From contig CAWEHK010000008.1 of assembly GCA_963808625.1 (NCBI GenBank), positions 128,001 through 192,000 of the forward strand: a stretch of 64,000 bases of DNA, written 5' to 3'. The notes below the pieces were generated by a model, which was not told the origin of the DNA, searched no databases, and saw only the letters and a program-made list of their open reading frames with translations. Below are positions 9,101 through 19,599 of this stretch, one piece after another. Source of the stretch: an uncultured delta proteobacterium. GTDB taxonomy: Bacteria; Desulfobacterota; Syntrophobacteria; Syntrophobacterales; Syntrophobacteraceae. Positions within the stretch are counted from its first letter, which is position 1. Every line of letters begins with the position of its first letter. Position numbers and translations under genes: made by a program.

Positions 9101-10182
9101 TCATGGGACCGAGATTGACCACGGCGTCCTGCAGGCGATCGGCCAGGGGGCGGTAGCTCAAAGCATGGCCGAAGAAATCCCCCCGAAGGGTGAGCACAAC
9201 GGTGAGGGAACCCGCCGCCGCGGCCTCGAGCAGTTGGTCGATGAACCGGGCGCGGATGGGTTCATCCTGGCAGAGGGTGTAAAGCTCCTCCCACTGGTCG
9301 GCCAAAAGGAGGAGGCGGTCCGTTCCGGGTTGTTTCTCGAGAGCTCGGGTCACCACGTCCCGCAGAGCCACCTCCCCTTCGGCAAAAGCCCTCCCCAGTT
9401 TCCCTATCTCGCGCAGACGCTCCGTTTCCGTCATCGCCGGCTCGAGGAGCGGGATCAGGGCAGCAGCCAGAGCATGCAGAGGGCGGTCACCGGGAACGAG
9501 GGTGGCCACGTCCCAAACCTTTCCCCCGCCTTCCCGCCTGAGGCGTGGCACCAGCCCTGCCCGAGCCACGGAGGACTTGCCGCAGCCCGAAGCCCCGACG
9601 AGTGCCACCAGGCTCTGCCGCCTGGCAGCTTGCAGCAGCTTGTCGGTGAAGGTTTCCCGTGCCGAAAAAGAAGGAAGCGTCTTCCTCCCGGAAAGGGCGC
9701 AGTCCACGGTAGGGGCAGACGGCGGCGAGGGTCGCCTGAATTCTTTCCTGGAAGGCGGGGCCCGGAGCTTCTCCGCGTATCGCTGCCGCGAGGATCTCCA
9801 GGGCCAGGGGGCTTTCCTGCCGGCTGCTCAAGTCCACCCAGGTGTTCAGGGAAAGAAATCCCAGGGCCGGTTCCGCCGCGGCAAGCAGCACGGGAATGAC
9901 CGGGAAGCGGGGATCACGAGCCTGGCGGTCCAATGCCAGATCTTTCTCCCGCTGCTGCCAGCGGCCCATTCCCTGGGGTCCGAGGAAGACCGCCACGGCG
10001 CGGCAGGAGTTCAGAGCCTCTTCCAGCGCCTGGGGCCACGGACGCCCGGCAACCAGATACCATCGGTCCAGAAAGACCTTCAGATCTCGTTCGCGCAAGG
10101 CCCAGGCAACATTTTCCACCGCCTCGCGATCCCGCCAGTTGTAGCTGAAAAAAACGTCGTATTTTTCGGGAGCAGGATTCAT
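6114..10182 (-). CDS. NLR-like TIR - nSTAND1 NTPase - TM - WD40x14 protein (about 6 frameshifts)
   Basis: TIR: YDVFFSY...W..RE. STAND: CPYRGLRPF, Walker A GASGCGKSS, Walker B LLLADQWEE, PGNLPLL, VEVAHEALIRNW. TM ITIGALAAALVFLVLAGLAG. WD40 array, then C-terminal ACRMANRNLTRSEWRQF...TCP. Confidence 0.9.
6250..8030 (-). repeat. 14 tandem 129-bp (43-aa) WD40 repeats with very high internal identity
   Basis: GGGGCTGAA (AFSPDGKTLASGS) recurs about every 129 bp from 6303 to 7981. Confidence 0.95.
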
Positions 10183-10236
10183 CGGATCACCCCTGTATCG
10201 AGGTTATCGTTGAATAATTTCCAGTGTGTTGAAATA

Positions 10237-10270
10237 AGAAACTGTCCAAGAATAACTTGCGCCCATTTCA
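10237..10270. mobile_element. Isolated end of the MITE family seen intact at 53287
   Basis: AGAAACTGTCCAAGAATAACTTGCGCCCATTTCA versus AGAAACTGTCCAAAAATAACTTGCACCCATTTCA (2 mismatches). Confidence 0.65.
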
Positions 10271-10422
10271 TCTTGAACAATGAGTTTGATAAACGCATCG
10301 CCCAGAGGCTTCAGCGCCTGCGCCGTCGCGGGAAACAGGGACCCGACCGCCACGCCAATGACGATGCCGCAGATGACGCGGAAATAGAGCGTCCGATGGA
10401 ACGTATGTTTTTGCCCGGACAT
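10271..10422 (-). pseudogene. dctA: 5' fragment of C4-dicarboxylate transporter DctA
   Basis: RBS AGGAGG. RTLYFRVICGIVIGVAVGSLFP...LKPLGDAFIKLI is the DctA N-terminus; it stops after about 50 codons at the MITE end. Confidence 0.75.
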
Positions 10423-10589
10423 CTATTCCTCCTATAGCAATCGACGGCATACGGGTGGCCAAGGTGAGATGATAAGAAATGGCTCTTTGAAAGTCTTTGG
10501 ATAGCACCTGTCGTGGATACTGTCAAAGACATTCAGGTGCCGATTTCTTGGTAGGCGATAAGGAAAACCATCTTTAGGAAAAACGGGTG

Positions 10590-10790
10590 CGGGCTCGGAA
10601 AACCGCATGGGGTTTCCGCGATTGGTCTCTGAAGTGGCCCTCGGCAAGGGAGGGGCCATTCTGGGCTTGGAGGTCAGCCGGTTGGCAAGATCGTGCTCGG
10701 ACTGGTACCGCCTCCTGGAGGCAGCCGCCCTGGCCGGGGCGCTGATCGTCGATGAGGAAGGGATCTACGATCCGAACGAGCACAATGCTC
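10590..10790 (+). pseudogene. Internal fragment of a large serine recombinase
   Basis: GFPRLVSEVALGKGGAILGLEVSRLARSCSDWYRLLE...IVDEEGIYDP. Similarity ends where the CHAT gene's 3' end overlaps it. Confidence 0.75.
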
Positions 10791-13682
10791 TAAAGAGCTG
10801 GTCAGGCATGGCATTGGGATCGCCATACAGGATGAACGCCAGGCGATCCATCCGGTTTGTCTCCAGCGGAATATCTCGCTTGGCCTCCCGCAGGCACTGG
10901 CCCATGGTGTAGGTTCCCTTGAGCAAAGACTCATAGAACTTTTTGACGAATTTCCTGGCGGAAGCGGAGTCAATGTTCCACAGCGTTCCGACGTAAGCCT
11001 CGACGCCAGCCCGCAGGAAGGCGCTGGGCAAGTCATAGGTTTGGTTCTCGTAGATCGCGGGCCGTGGATCGGCAGGGGTCGCGCTCTCGCACGATGAGCT
11101 GAACACCAGGACCGGCGGGGCCCCCTGGAGCGCGCTGGTCAAGAGATCGGTGGTAATTCGGCCGTCCTTCAAGGCCCATCCGCTGTCCTCGCCGTCGAAA
11201 CCACTGTGGCCAGAGTAGTGGATCAAGCCGTACTGTCCGCTGCTCAGGCGCTCCAACAGCGCCATCCACTCGCATTGCTTCGAGCCCATCAAGACGTCTT
11301 CATCTTTGATCTCAAAACGGCCGTCGCCCAGCAGCATCGTGCGCAGGTCTTCGATCTCCTCACGAGACGCCGACAGGTCATCGGTCGGGTCGCCAATCAG
11401 CAGGGTCCTAACCTTGGCGCCACCTCGCACGGGCGGCCGGATATTATGCGCTTCCGGTCCGACGATACTACGCCCGACCATGAATGGAAGGTCCTTGCCG
11501 GCATAGGCCGCCTCCAACATCAACTCCCATGGGATATGCTGCAAGCCTTCGTCGATGGTAAACAAGATCGTCGCATCGTCCGGCGGGTTGTCGAGATACC
11601 TCTTGATGGCGTCGGTCGTAAAGTAGGTCCGGATAAAATCTGCAACTTGCTCCAGGTTCTGCTCCAGGTTCTCCTTCGCCGTAGAGGCGTCGGACGGGGC
11701 CGGGTGCAGCAAATGGTTGACACGTTCTCGATAGCCTGCCAGGAACCGAGCCTTGGTGTCTGCTGTCATTCGCTTCTGGGCCGAGACGAGATGCGCACCG
11801 CGTCGGCCAAACAAGGTAGTGACAACGTTCGGATGAGGCTGGAGAAAGCGCGATGACCACGTCTCGTGGCTTGTCCTCGCGGCGATCCAGCAGGCCGAAA
11901 TAGCCCAGGAGCCATTCGGCAAAGGAGTCTACCATGAACTGGGCCGTTCTGGGGTCCGCCGTGTCGGTGAGATAGCCATGCCGGTCAAGCCAAACAAGCC
12001 ATTTCTGTTGCAAGTCGAGCCTGGGATCATCCTGTACCAACAGAGCCTGGTACTTCTCGCCAGCGTCCTTTTCTTTGTCGAGGACCCCGATCAACTGCGC
12101 GAGCTTCGCTCGCGGTTAACGGCCGCTGCCAGCGTCTTCAGGGTGTGCTTCTCCTCTTCGTTCAGCGGGCGGAGCAGGGCTTCAAAGAACTCGCGGCGTG
12201 GGCGCTCAATGTCTTGGATGGCACGATCATGGGCTTTTGTTGACCCATTTGCTTCCTTTTCATGGCGGATGAGCGCCGATGACGCCAGGGCAATGAGATA
12301 GGGGTGTCGCCCAGCCTCTGTGCTGACAAAGTCGGTGCTCCGCCTTCAGCCGGTTCCCGCATCAGGTAGGTCTTAAAGAGCTGTCACCCACTGTGTTCGC
12401 TCGTCTTCGGTGAGGCATGACAACCATACCAGCTTGATGGCGCTGTCGAAGCAAGCGCTCACCGCTTCCTCGATCATTTCTGTGGAACTGGCACTCACCT
12501 TATCTCGCATGTCCCTGTATCGGCGCTGGTCATTCACCGCAATGATGAATTGCGCCCCGGCTTTCTCCACGTCGTCCAGCACCTGCCAGAACATACGATG
12601 TTCTTGACTGGCTTCTTGGCTTACGGCCTCCGACAGAGGCACCCGCGCTATCCTGCCTCATCTTCCATGCTGGCTCGTCGACCAGGAACAGGAATCGCCG
12701 GTTGCGATCGCTTTCGGTTTTCAGGAAGTCCTTCAGCGATTTCTCCGGATCATCGCCGTCAAAAGCCTTGCGGAGCTCTTCCTTCTTGTCTTCCTCTTCG
12801 ATAGCCTCCAGGCTCAACAGGAACTTGCGATAGACGAAGTCTTCGGCCGTGTTCTTGTGCAACCGCCCGAAACTCACCTTGCCTACTTGCCAGTCCCGAA
12901 ACAGCCGCTCGGCATCAGGATCGTGGGCACGATAAAACAAGTGCTCCAGCAGCGCCGTCTTGCCCATATTCGGGCTGCCAAGGACCAGGACCCGGCGCCC
13001 ATCGCCGACTGCGCTTTCGATCTCCTTGATCTCAGCCTCACGGGCGCCGAAATCGCGGGCCTGCAGGCCATACAATGCTGCATCATGAGGCGTGCCCAGG
13101 ATACGCTCCGCCTCCTTAACGTATTTCTCGTTGTTTTCACGTTGCGTTTCGTAGCCTGCGTCCGCTTCTGGAGGAAGAAAGAGGAGGATATAGATCGACT
13201 TCAGCCCGCGCGGGGATGCCAGGAAAACCTTGAGGGCCGTGCACATCTGGCGAGCACATGAGCCGAATCCAACTCTTACCCGGCCTGTGGCAAAGGCAGG
13301 CAGCGCCAGGCTAGCTATCGAGAGCTTCTCCGCCTCACGCAGGCAATTGATGGTGACCTCGTAGACCAGTTGCTCTAAAGTATAGTTGTCCGGTGTCGTA
13401 GTCGATCACGGCGCCATGCAGGACGTGTTTCACGTTCAGACCCTGGCTTGGCAAATCGCCAGGTCCAGTGACCACAACCGTGCCGGCTTCCAGGGGACAT
13501 TGGCGATGGGCCTCTTCAACGTATGCCGGACCGGCTTTTTTGGCCAGCTGGAGAGAGACACCGGCCCCCATCGTGAGGTAGTTGTCGTCGCTGCTCGCCA
13601 CAGCGTCGACCGACGCGGGCGGATTCAGGATGTTACCCTCACAGATCTCGACCGTCGTGTTGCCGAATTGAAACTTAGCCAT
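10765..13682 (-). CDS. Macro domain - STAND/AAA-like ATPase - CHAT (caspase-like) protease fusion, about 970 aa (about 6 frameshifts)
   Basis: Macro: GNIL...DAVASSDDNYLTMGAGVS...VLHGAVI...SLALPAFATG. ATPase: GAREAEI, GSPNMGKT, FLFLVDE, AGRHPYLI (GxP), winged-helix-like WLDRHGYL...F.EW. CHAT: LQHIPWE, LLIGDP, IHYSGHS, FSSSCES, AFLRAG, FILYGDP. Confidence 0.8.
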
Positions 13683-13790
13683 CGGTGCTCCTCATTTTCA
13701 GCTTGCGCTCGGTCTAATCGCCAGCGTCCGCCCCCTGGTGGAAAATGCACTCGGATAGGGGGCGGACAATTTCCATACTACGCCATCAGC

Positions 13791-14713
13791 TCAGAGCGTC
13801 GAAAAGACTTGCAGGGTCCGCAGCTTCGGTCGGAGCATTCGAGCTGTGGCTTCTGCTCGTAACTCTTGAGGTTGGCCGCGGCTAGCTGGATCAGCGGCCT
13901 GTAGGTCAGATCGCCTGTCGGCCCCGTTGATTGCCTCGCCCAAAGCCCAGGTGAACGCCCCGCGCCACGTCGCTGCCGATCCTGGCATCGGCCGCAGTCT
14001 CACGGTCTTCGTACAGGCCGCCAGCAGGACGTGGCGGTCGAAGTCCACGATGCCGAACTTGTTCTGGCGGAAGCGATGGCGCAGTTCTTTCATGAACTCC
14101 TGCATCTTCGACGTCCCACTCCTCAGGTGGAACGCTTTGCAGCATCTTCGACAACTCTGTGCCGACCAGGTGTCGAACTCGGCGTCGCGTTTGCCTGCAT
14201 CGCTTCGATGCGCTCCTGTCGATCTCCTGCGGCGGTATCAGGTAGCGTGGAATGAACTCGACGGTGCTTCCTGGAGGGGCCTCTGGATGCTGCCGCTGTG
14301 ACAGCAATCGGCAATGAAGGTGAAATTGACCTCTGCCGGGAAAATCTCGAAGATGGCGCGCAGGTCGTCGTCACGGAACGGCTTGTCCCAGTCGTGGTCG
14401 TAGGGGACGATGACCTCGTCGAAGCCTTCCCACTCCTCGTTGTTCTGGTCCGTCACCTGCGTGCCGTGGCTGCGAGAAGTGGAAGACCCGAACGTCCTGC
14501 CGCTCTGCTAGTCGTCCAGCAGCCAGCCAGGCCGTCACATATGCCCTGGTTCGTGGCATCCTTGTCGTGTAGGAGCTTGATGTCATTATCTTGAAATCCG
14601 AAGTAGGTAGTCAAGAGGCTGTTCATCTCGATGGTATCGTTGATACAGCCTCGCAGCGCCCAATCAGGGCGGACAAAGTTGTTGATCCCGACCAGCAGTG
14701 CTCGTTTGACCAT
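13791..14713 (-). CDS. Metacaspase/orthocaspase (peptidase C14), several frameshifts
   Basis: RBS AGGAGG. KRALLVGIN...LRGCIND, FHFSSHGTQV (His), DEVIVPYD, IADCCHSG (Cys), LLAAC, GAFTWAL, QKPQL. Confidence 0.88.
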
Positions 14714-15186
14714 GGTTCATCCTCCTGTCAGATATTTGGTTTGGTGTGATTGATGCCGAAAGATCACGGATGTCTCCGATGCTATCACCTCCTTCTCCAC
14801 ACGTTAAACGTAAAACGGACAGCGTTTCTGCTTCCGACAGAGATCGGAGCGTCACGTCAAGACAAGCTCCGGGTATCCGCTCAGCGTGTGGAGCGACCAG
14901 GTCACGTCATCTTCACCCCTGTCCATCAAGCGAGCGTGGTGAAGCCTTAGGGACAAAATCCGGTCGGCGAGATTCTCGTATCGGTAGCGTTCCAAAGCCC
15001 ACGGGTAACGCTTAAAAAAGGAGCCGCGCAAAGATCCAGGATGCTGGATCAGCATGCTGCAGAGATCGTCATGTTCCAATGGGCTTGCAGCGCCAACACT
15101 GATGACATTCGGAAGATTCTTCCCATTGTGAAATGACCCTCAAAGGAGTCCTACGGGAGAGGTTCAGTCCAAAAAGCTGGTCCGCG

Positions 15187-16125
15187 TTAGGGAGACTCTT
15201 TGACGTTGAGCAGATGCTGGATCACCGGGACCAGTTGTCTGAGAATTTCTTCTCCCTGCTCATTTTCCACCATGGCCGCCAGGATGTATTTCCCTCCCGT
15301 TTCATCCCACACGAGGACCGAATCGGAATACCATACCTGCCAGGTTCCTGATTTCCGGTAGAGATGCGCGAGCGGGATACTTCTTTCCATGACGCTGACG
15401 AACTTGTCATGAATGTCCGGGAAGGACAGGATGTGCAGCATCTGTCGGGAACGCTCCGCGCTGATGAGCTTTCCCGTGGCCAGCAGGTAGTAGAACCGGC
15501 AAACCTGGGTGACGGTTGCCCCGTGGACCAGACCCTTGAGCGGATCGCGATCGACCTCCCCGCTATTGGCGAAGCGCCGGCCCAGCCAGATTCCTCCGCC
15601 CTGGTCCGGATCATAGAAACGATAATTCGGGTCGACGACCACCGCTTCGATCCTGCGCAGACCGATGCGATCAATCATGCGGTTGGTTGCGGCGTTGTCG
15701 GAACGACGCATCATCTCTATCATATCCCGATAAATCTCCGGGGTTTCCACCAGCGTCCCATCCTCGAAACCGCAATGGGCGGAAAAAAGAATGGCGAGCT
15801 TGGCGAGACTGCCCGCATACATCATGGTGCTGCCATTAACCTGGGCGAAACGCGGCGCCGCCGGGTCGGTTAAATCCACCACCCCCACGGCCATTTTCTC
15901 TTCGCTGATCAACGCTTGCCACAACGAGCTCCGCTTCAGGGCTTGCGCCAGCCGGTCCTCGAGGCTGCCGTCTTCATGCGCGGACAGGGGACGCCACGCA
16001 CCCTCGCTGATCGGCACCGGGAGCGGAGGAAGCTCAGCGAGGACAAGATTCGCGGCAAAGAGAAGCGGCGAAAGCAGGGCAAGAAGGCCCGCGACCATAA
16101 ATTTCATGATTTTCCGCCGCATCAT
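15187..16125 (-). CDS. Secreted serine hydrolase, class A beta-lactamase-like
   Basis: Signal peptide; SxxK (YAGSLAKL), SDN and KSG motifs. Confidence 0.85.
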   Translation of the reverse strand: MMRRKIMKFMVAGLLALLSPLLFAANLVLAELPPLPVPISEGAWRPLSAHEDGSLEDRLAQALKRSSLWQALISEEKMAVGVVDLTDPAAPRFAQVNGSTMMYAGSLAKLAILFSAHCGFEDGTLVETPEIYRDMIEMMRRSDNAATNRMIDRIGLRRIEAVVVDPNYRFYDPDQGGGIWLGRRFANSGEVDRDPLKGLVHGATVTQVCRFYYLLATGKLISAERSRQMLHILSFPDIHDKFVSVMERSIPLAHLYRKSGTWQVWYSDSVLVWDETGGKYILAAMVENEQGEEILRQLVPVIQHLLNVKESP

Positions 16126-16173
16126 TTGGAGTCGCCGGGAGGAGGCGTTTTCTTCCTCGTTGCCAGCAGCAGG

Positions 16174-17378
16174 TTAGCCGTTCCCGGCCGATGATGGTAC
16201 CCGACCCCGAAAGAAATGAGGGCGTATGTTCTTCGTCTTTTGATAGAGCTCGGCAAGGTCCTTTTGATACCGATAACTAAAGACCGGTAAGGGTTTCTGG
16301 TAGGTGCCGAAGAGTTTCAGGTTCCATATCGACGGGTCGAAGTACTTTATGGGGATTCCTGAATCGGTTTGCAGAATATGCATGCTGCGGTCAAGGATGA
16401 ACTGTCTTATCGCGGCAAAATCCGGGTCGAACATCAGGTAGGATGAAGCTTTTTCGAAGGTGACAAGGGGGCCGAAGCTCTTCAGGAAAGAGACGAACTT
16501 GTCGTTTTGGTCAAAGGAACCTCGAGCTAAATCGAAACGAAAATAATAAAGGGTCTGGGTTCGTTCCTGACCCTCCCGCTGAAAAACGATGCGCACTCCC
16601 GGAATGCTCCCTCTTTCGGAGGTGATTCGCTCCAGTGCGGGCATCTCCACGATGGTCCTGTTCGGATTCATGAACCAGTGCTGCACATCTGATCACCCGC
16701 ACCTTCTCTCTGGCCATGAACAGCAGGAGGAGCGGGAGAACGCCCTGCATGCCCTTCTCCTGCAGGGCGCTTCCCAGGTTGTTGGTGATGAAATAGTCGA
16801 GATCGAGCAGATCTTTATTGGCGCGCTGAAGGCCGGTAAAGAAAGCCTCGAGGTCGGGCTTTACTCATCGCCGGAAAATCGGGGATTCGGCCGACACGCT
16901 CCAGAGAAATCATGACGTAGGTCCCGGCGTCGGGAAAGAAATTGTACATGTTGGCAAAATCCGCCCCGCTGAAGGGATAAAACACGGTGTAGCGGGAAGC
17001 GTCAACGGCGCTAAGCTCCCGGGCGGCCCATTCCCTCATCGGCGTAAGTCGCCTCACCTCGAGGCCCTTCCAGCTCGCGTTGAAGGATTTGGCAAACTGG
17101 CCCCATGCCGGGCTGCTTTCCAAGGCAGCAAGGGAACCTTTCGGGTTGCTGATGCCGGCAATAAAGAGGGCGTAATCATGGTATGGATGGGTAGGCCGGT
17201 CGGCCTGCTCCTTTTGGGAAACGGTGCTCGTCTCGGTTCCGGGCGTCCCTTCCGCAGCATGGCTCCAGGATGCAAAAAGGCCGAGGGTGAACAGCAGAAA
17301 AACCGCTAAACTGAGCCGTACTTTGACGTCATTGAGCCGCGTCTTCAAGGGGTTCCTCCCTGCGTGCGATGTTCTCAT
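16174..17378 (-). CDS. Secreted conserved hypothetical protein (frameshifted)
   Basis: Signal-like N-terminus, VFYPFSGADF, GVLPLLLLFMAR, TFEKASSYLM, ILQTDSGIP across three frames. Confidence 0.65.
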
Positions 17379-17383
17379 CAAGG

Positions 17384-17764
17384 TCAGCCTCCTGTCTTCG
17401 TGAATTGCCTGGTGGCAAAGAGCCGGTAAAACAGTAGCCCGCATGCCACGGTGATCAACCCTCCAAGGGACGGGAGCGGTCTCTCGATCACCAGGTAGCA
17501 GAGCATCCACCCATTGAGCAACAGAAAAACCGCCGGGGTCACCGGGTACCCCCACGTCTTGAAAGGTCTCTTCGCGTGAGGTTCTTTGACGCGCATAACA
17601 AACACTCCCAGCACCGTCATCAAGGCAAAGAGGGCCAGCAAAAACCCGACATAGGTGAGCACGACCTCGAAGGTTGAGGTGACGACCAGGAAAAGCGCAA
17701 TCGAGGATTGCAGAACGATGGCCCGAACCGGAACTCCTCGGGCATTCCGTTTGGCAATGACCAT
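17384..17764 (-). pseudogene. 3' fragment of an APC-family amino acid permease
   Basis: NARGVPVRAIVLQ...RPFKTWGYPVTP C-terminal helices. No N-terminal two-thirds upstream. Confidence 0.75.
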
Positions 17765-18449
17765 TGGCGGAAAAAAGGGTGACAGGCTTGTGGTCTTCGG
17801 AAATCCCGTTCATCCTCTCTTTCTCATGACAGGGTGATAAAGTGATGAGAAGTTGCTTCTTCGAGAGTGTTGAGTAGCAGATATTGCGGGGTGACGTCAA
17901 TGGCATGAATGGATGCCGTTCCGATCATAACGCCTCCATGGGAAACGGTCCTGAATTTCTGCTACGGGCTATCGGGTTTCAGTCTTTTCTTCCATCAGAA
18001 GCACGTCACCCAGCGAGCTTGACTCGGGCCAAGGTCACCTGCCTCAAATGGCCAACCTCAGGAGATGGTGGGAGGCCCTGGCTTGCGCAAGGTCCCAACT
18101 CAAATATTCAGATCATATGGAAACAATTGGAGGATTTTAAGATGGGCAAGAAAGGCTAGCTTCTTTGGGAACCGGAAAGAGATGAAGTCGTTAATCAGGT
18201 TGGAGTCATTCAATGTTGGAATCGTGAACAGTCTATTTTTGAATTCAAAGAGCTTTGAGACGGTCAGCAACAGAGTAGGCCCTTATTTGATGCTTCGATT
18301 TCCGGGCGAATCTTTTTGGTGGTAATTTTGCCAGTGGACTATTATGCTTACATAACTGTTCGGCGGACTCTTTATGGCCTAGGGACAGAGCCCATTCGGT
18401 CCAGACGGGGGCTTTGGTGAGGGTTGAGCAAATACCCGATGGAGAATCC

Positions 18450-18899
18450 ATGAGAACCAAGATCTTAGCGGCACTCGTGCTGCTCTTTCTGATGCTTGGC
18501 TGTGCTGATGAGGCCCGGACTTCGGATGAGGTATCAAGGCCGGATGTCGCAGCTTCCGAAGCGATAGCCGGAATACCCACTCTAGCAGTCCCTGAGGCAG
18601 AATTCAATTTCGGAGAGGTGAGTGAAGGCAAAGAATACGTGCACGACTTCGTGATCATGAACAGGGGTACAGGGGTTCTGGAGATAAAGAAAGTCAATCC
18701 CGGCTGAGGGACCTCCATAGCCGGTTTCGATCGGTCCATCCCTTCGGGGTCCGAGGGGAAAATATCGATAAGGCTTCATCCCGGAGCCTGTGCGAGCGGA
18801 AGCAGGAAAGTTACCGAGGTATTCTGCAATGACCCCCAATATCCCCGCTTTACACTGGTCGTTCAGGGGAAATTGAAACCAACGGGCACCGAACCCTGA
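18450..18899 (+). CDS. DUF1573-domain lipoprotein with in-frame TGA at 18705-18707 (candidate selenocysteine)
   Basis: RBS GGAG, lipobox LMLGC, FNFGEV...HDF.I.N.G...LEIKKVNPG-TGA-GTSIAGFDRSIPSGSEGKISI...VFCNDP...LVVQG. The domain continues in frame for 63 codons. Confidence 0.8.
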
Positions 18900-19397
18900 C
18901 GGGGTCGGTCGTCTGGGGCCGGACTAAAAGAAGAAGCATGAAAAATGGGGATCTTCGGGAAAAGCTCGATCCCCGGAGATCCGGGAGAGTGTTAGCTGAT
19001 TTTCTCAAGAGAGATACCCGCGGGGACTGAATCACAGGCTTGCCGAAATCAGCAGCCAGACGACAGGATTTTATTTTTCCGCTAGAACCGGCACAAAAGA
19101 AATCGACTTTTTACTGAAGTAGCCCATACCCAGAGGACCAATTTCTCTCCACAGGGTTCGATGTAGAGCATGGATGTTTCGACCCTGATAAGCCCCTTCC
19201 TCCTCCCTTGCTCTGGGCTTGTGCTTGTGGATGCTCAACGGCATTCCGAAGACCTTCGCAGAGCTAATCCAGTCCTTGATCGCATTGATTTTGACCGGGC
19301 ACGGTCCATGGGCAGCCACGTATGAAGTCGACCTTTGTGCCATCGAGTCCGGTTTGGAGATACTCGCACACGTGGGCCGAAATAAGTAGCCGGTTCC

Positions 19398-19471
19398 GGT
19401 GGGCACGGTGAAGCTGTGCCCACCCTACAGTGTTCCCGGACCCGTAGGGTGGGCAGGTTTTTTTGCCCACC
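19398..19471. repeat. GTAG-type REP doublet, second copy
   Basis: GGTGGGCAC..GTGCCCACCCTAC / GTAGGGTGGGCA..TGCCCACC. Confidence 0.75.
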
Positions 19472-19599
19472 GCAAACATGCACGAACTTATGCCCATGTG
19501 CAGTAGACGATTTAGAAGGGAGGAGAGTCAGTTCTCCTGATCCGTTCTGATTCGGTCAAAGAACTGCGGGTATCTTGCTGCCGTTTGGAATTTGAGTTG

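Noticed and set aside
14852..15079. 75-aa ORF upstream of the caspase as a possible third system component
   Set aside because: No recognisable motif or clear RBS; cannot be supported.
15187..16125. Bona fide antibiotic-resistance beta-lactamase
   Set aside because: SxxK, SDN and KSG are present, but I could not identify the class A omega-loop ExxLN, so only a generic serine hydrolase call is supported.
17830..18400. Short ORFs in the gap before the DUF1573 gene (also 19071-19406)
   Set aside because: No recognisable family, inconsistent frames.
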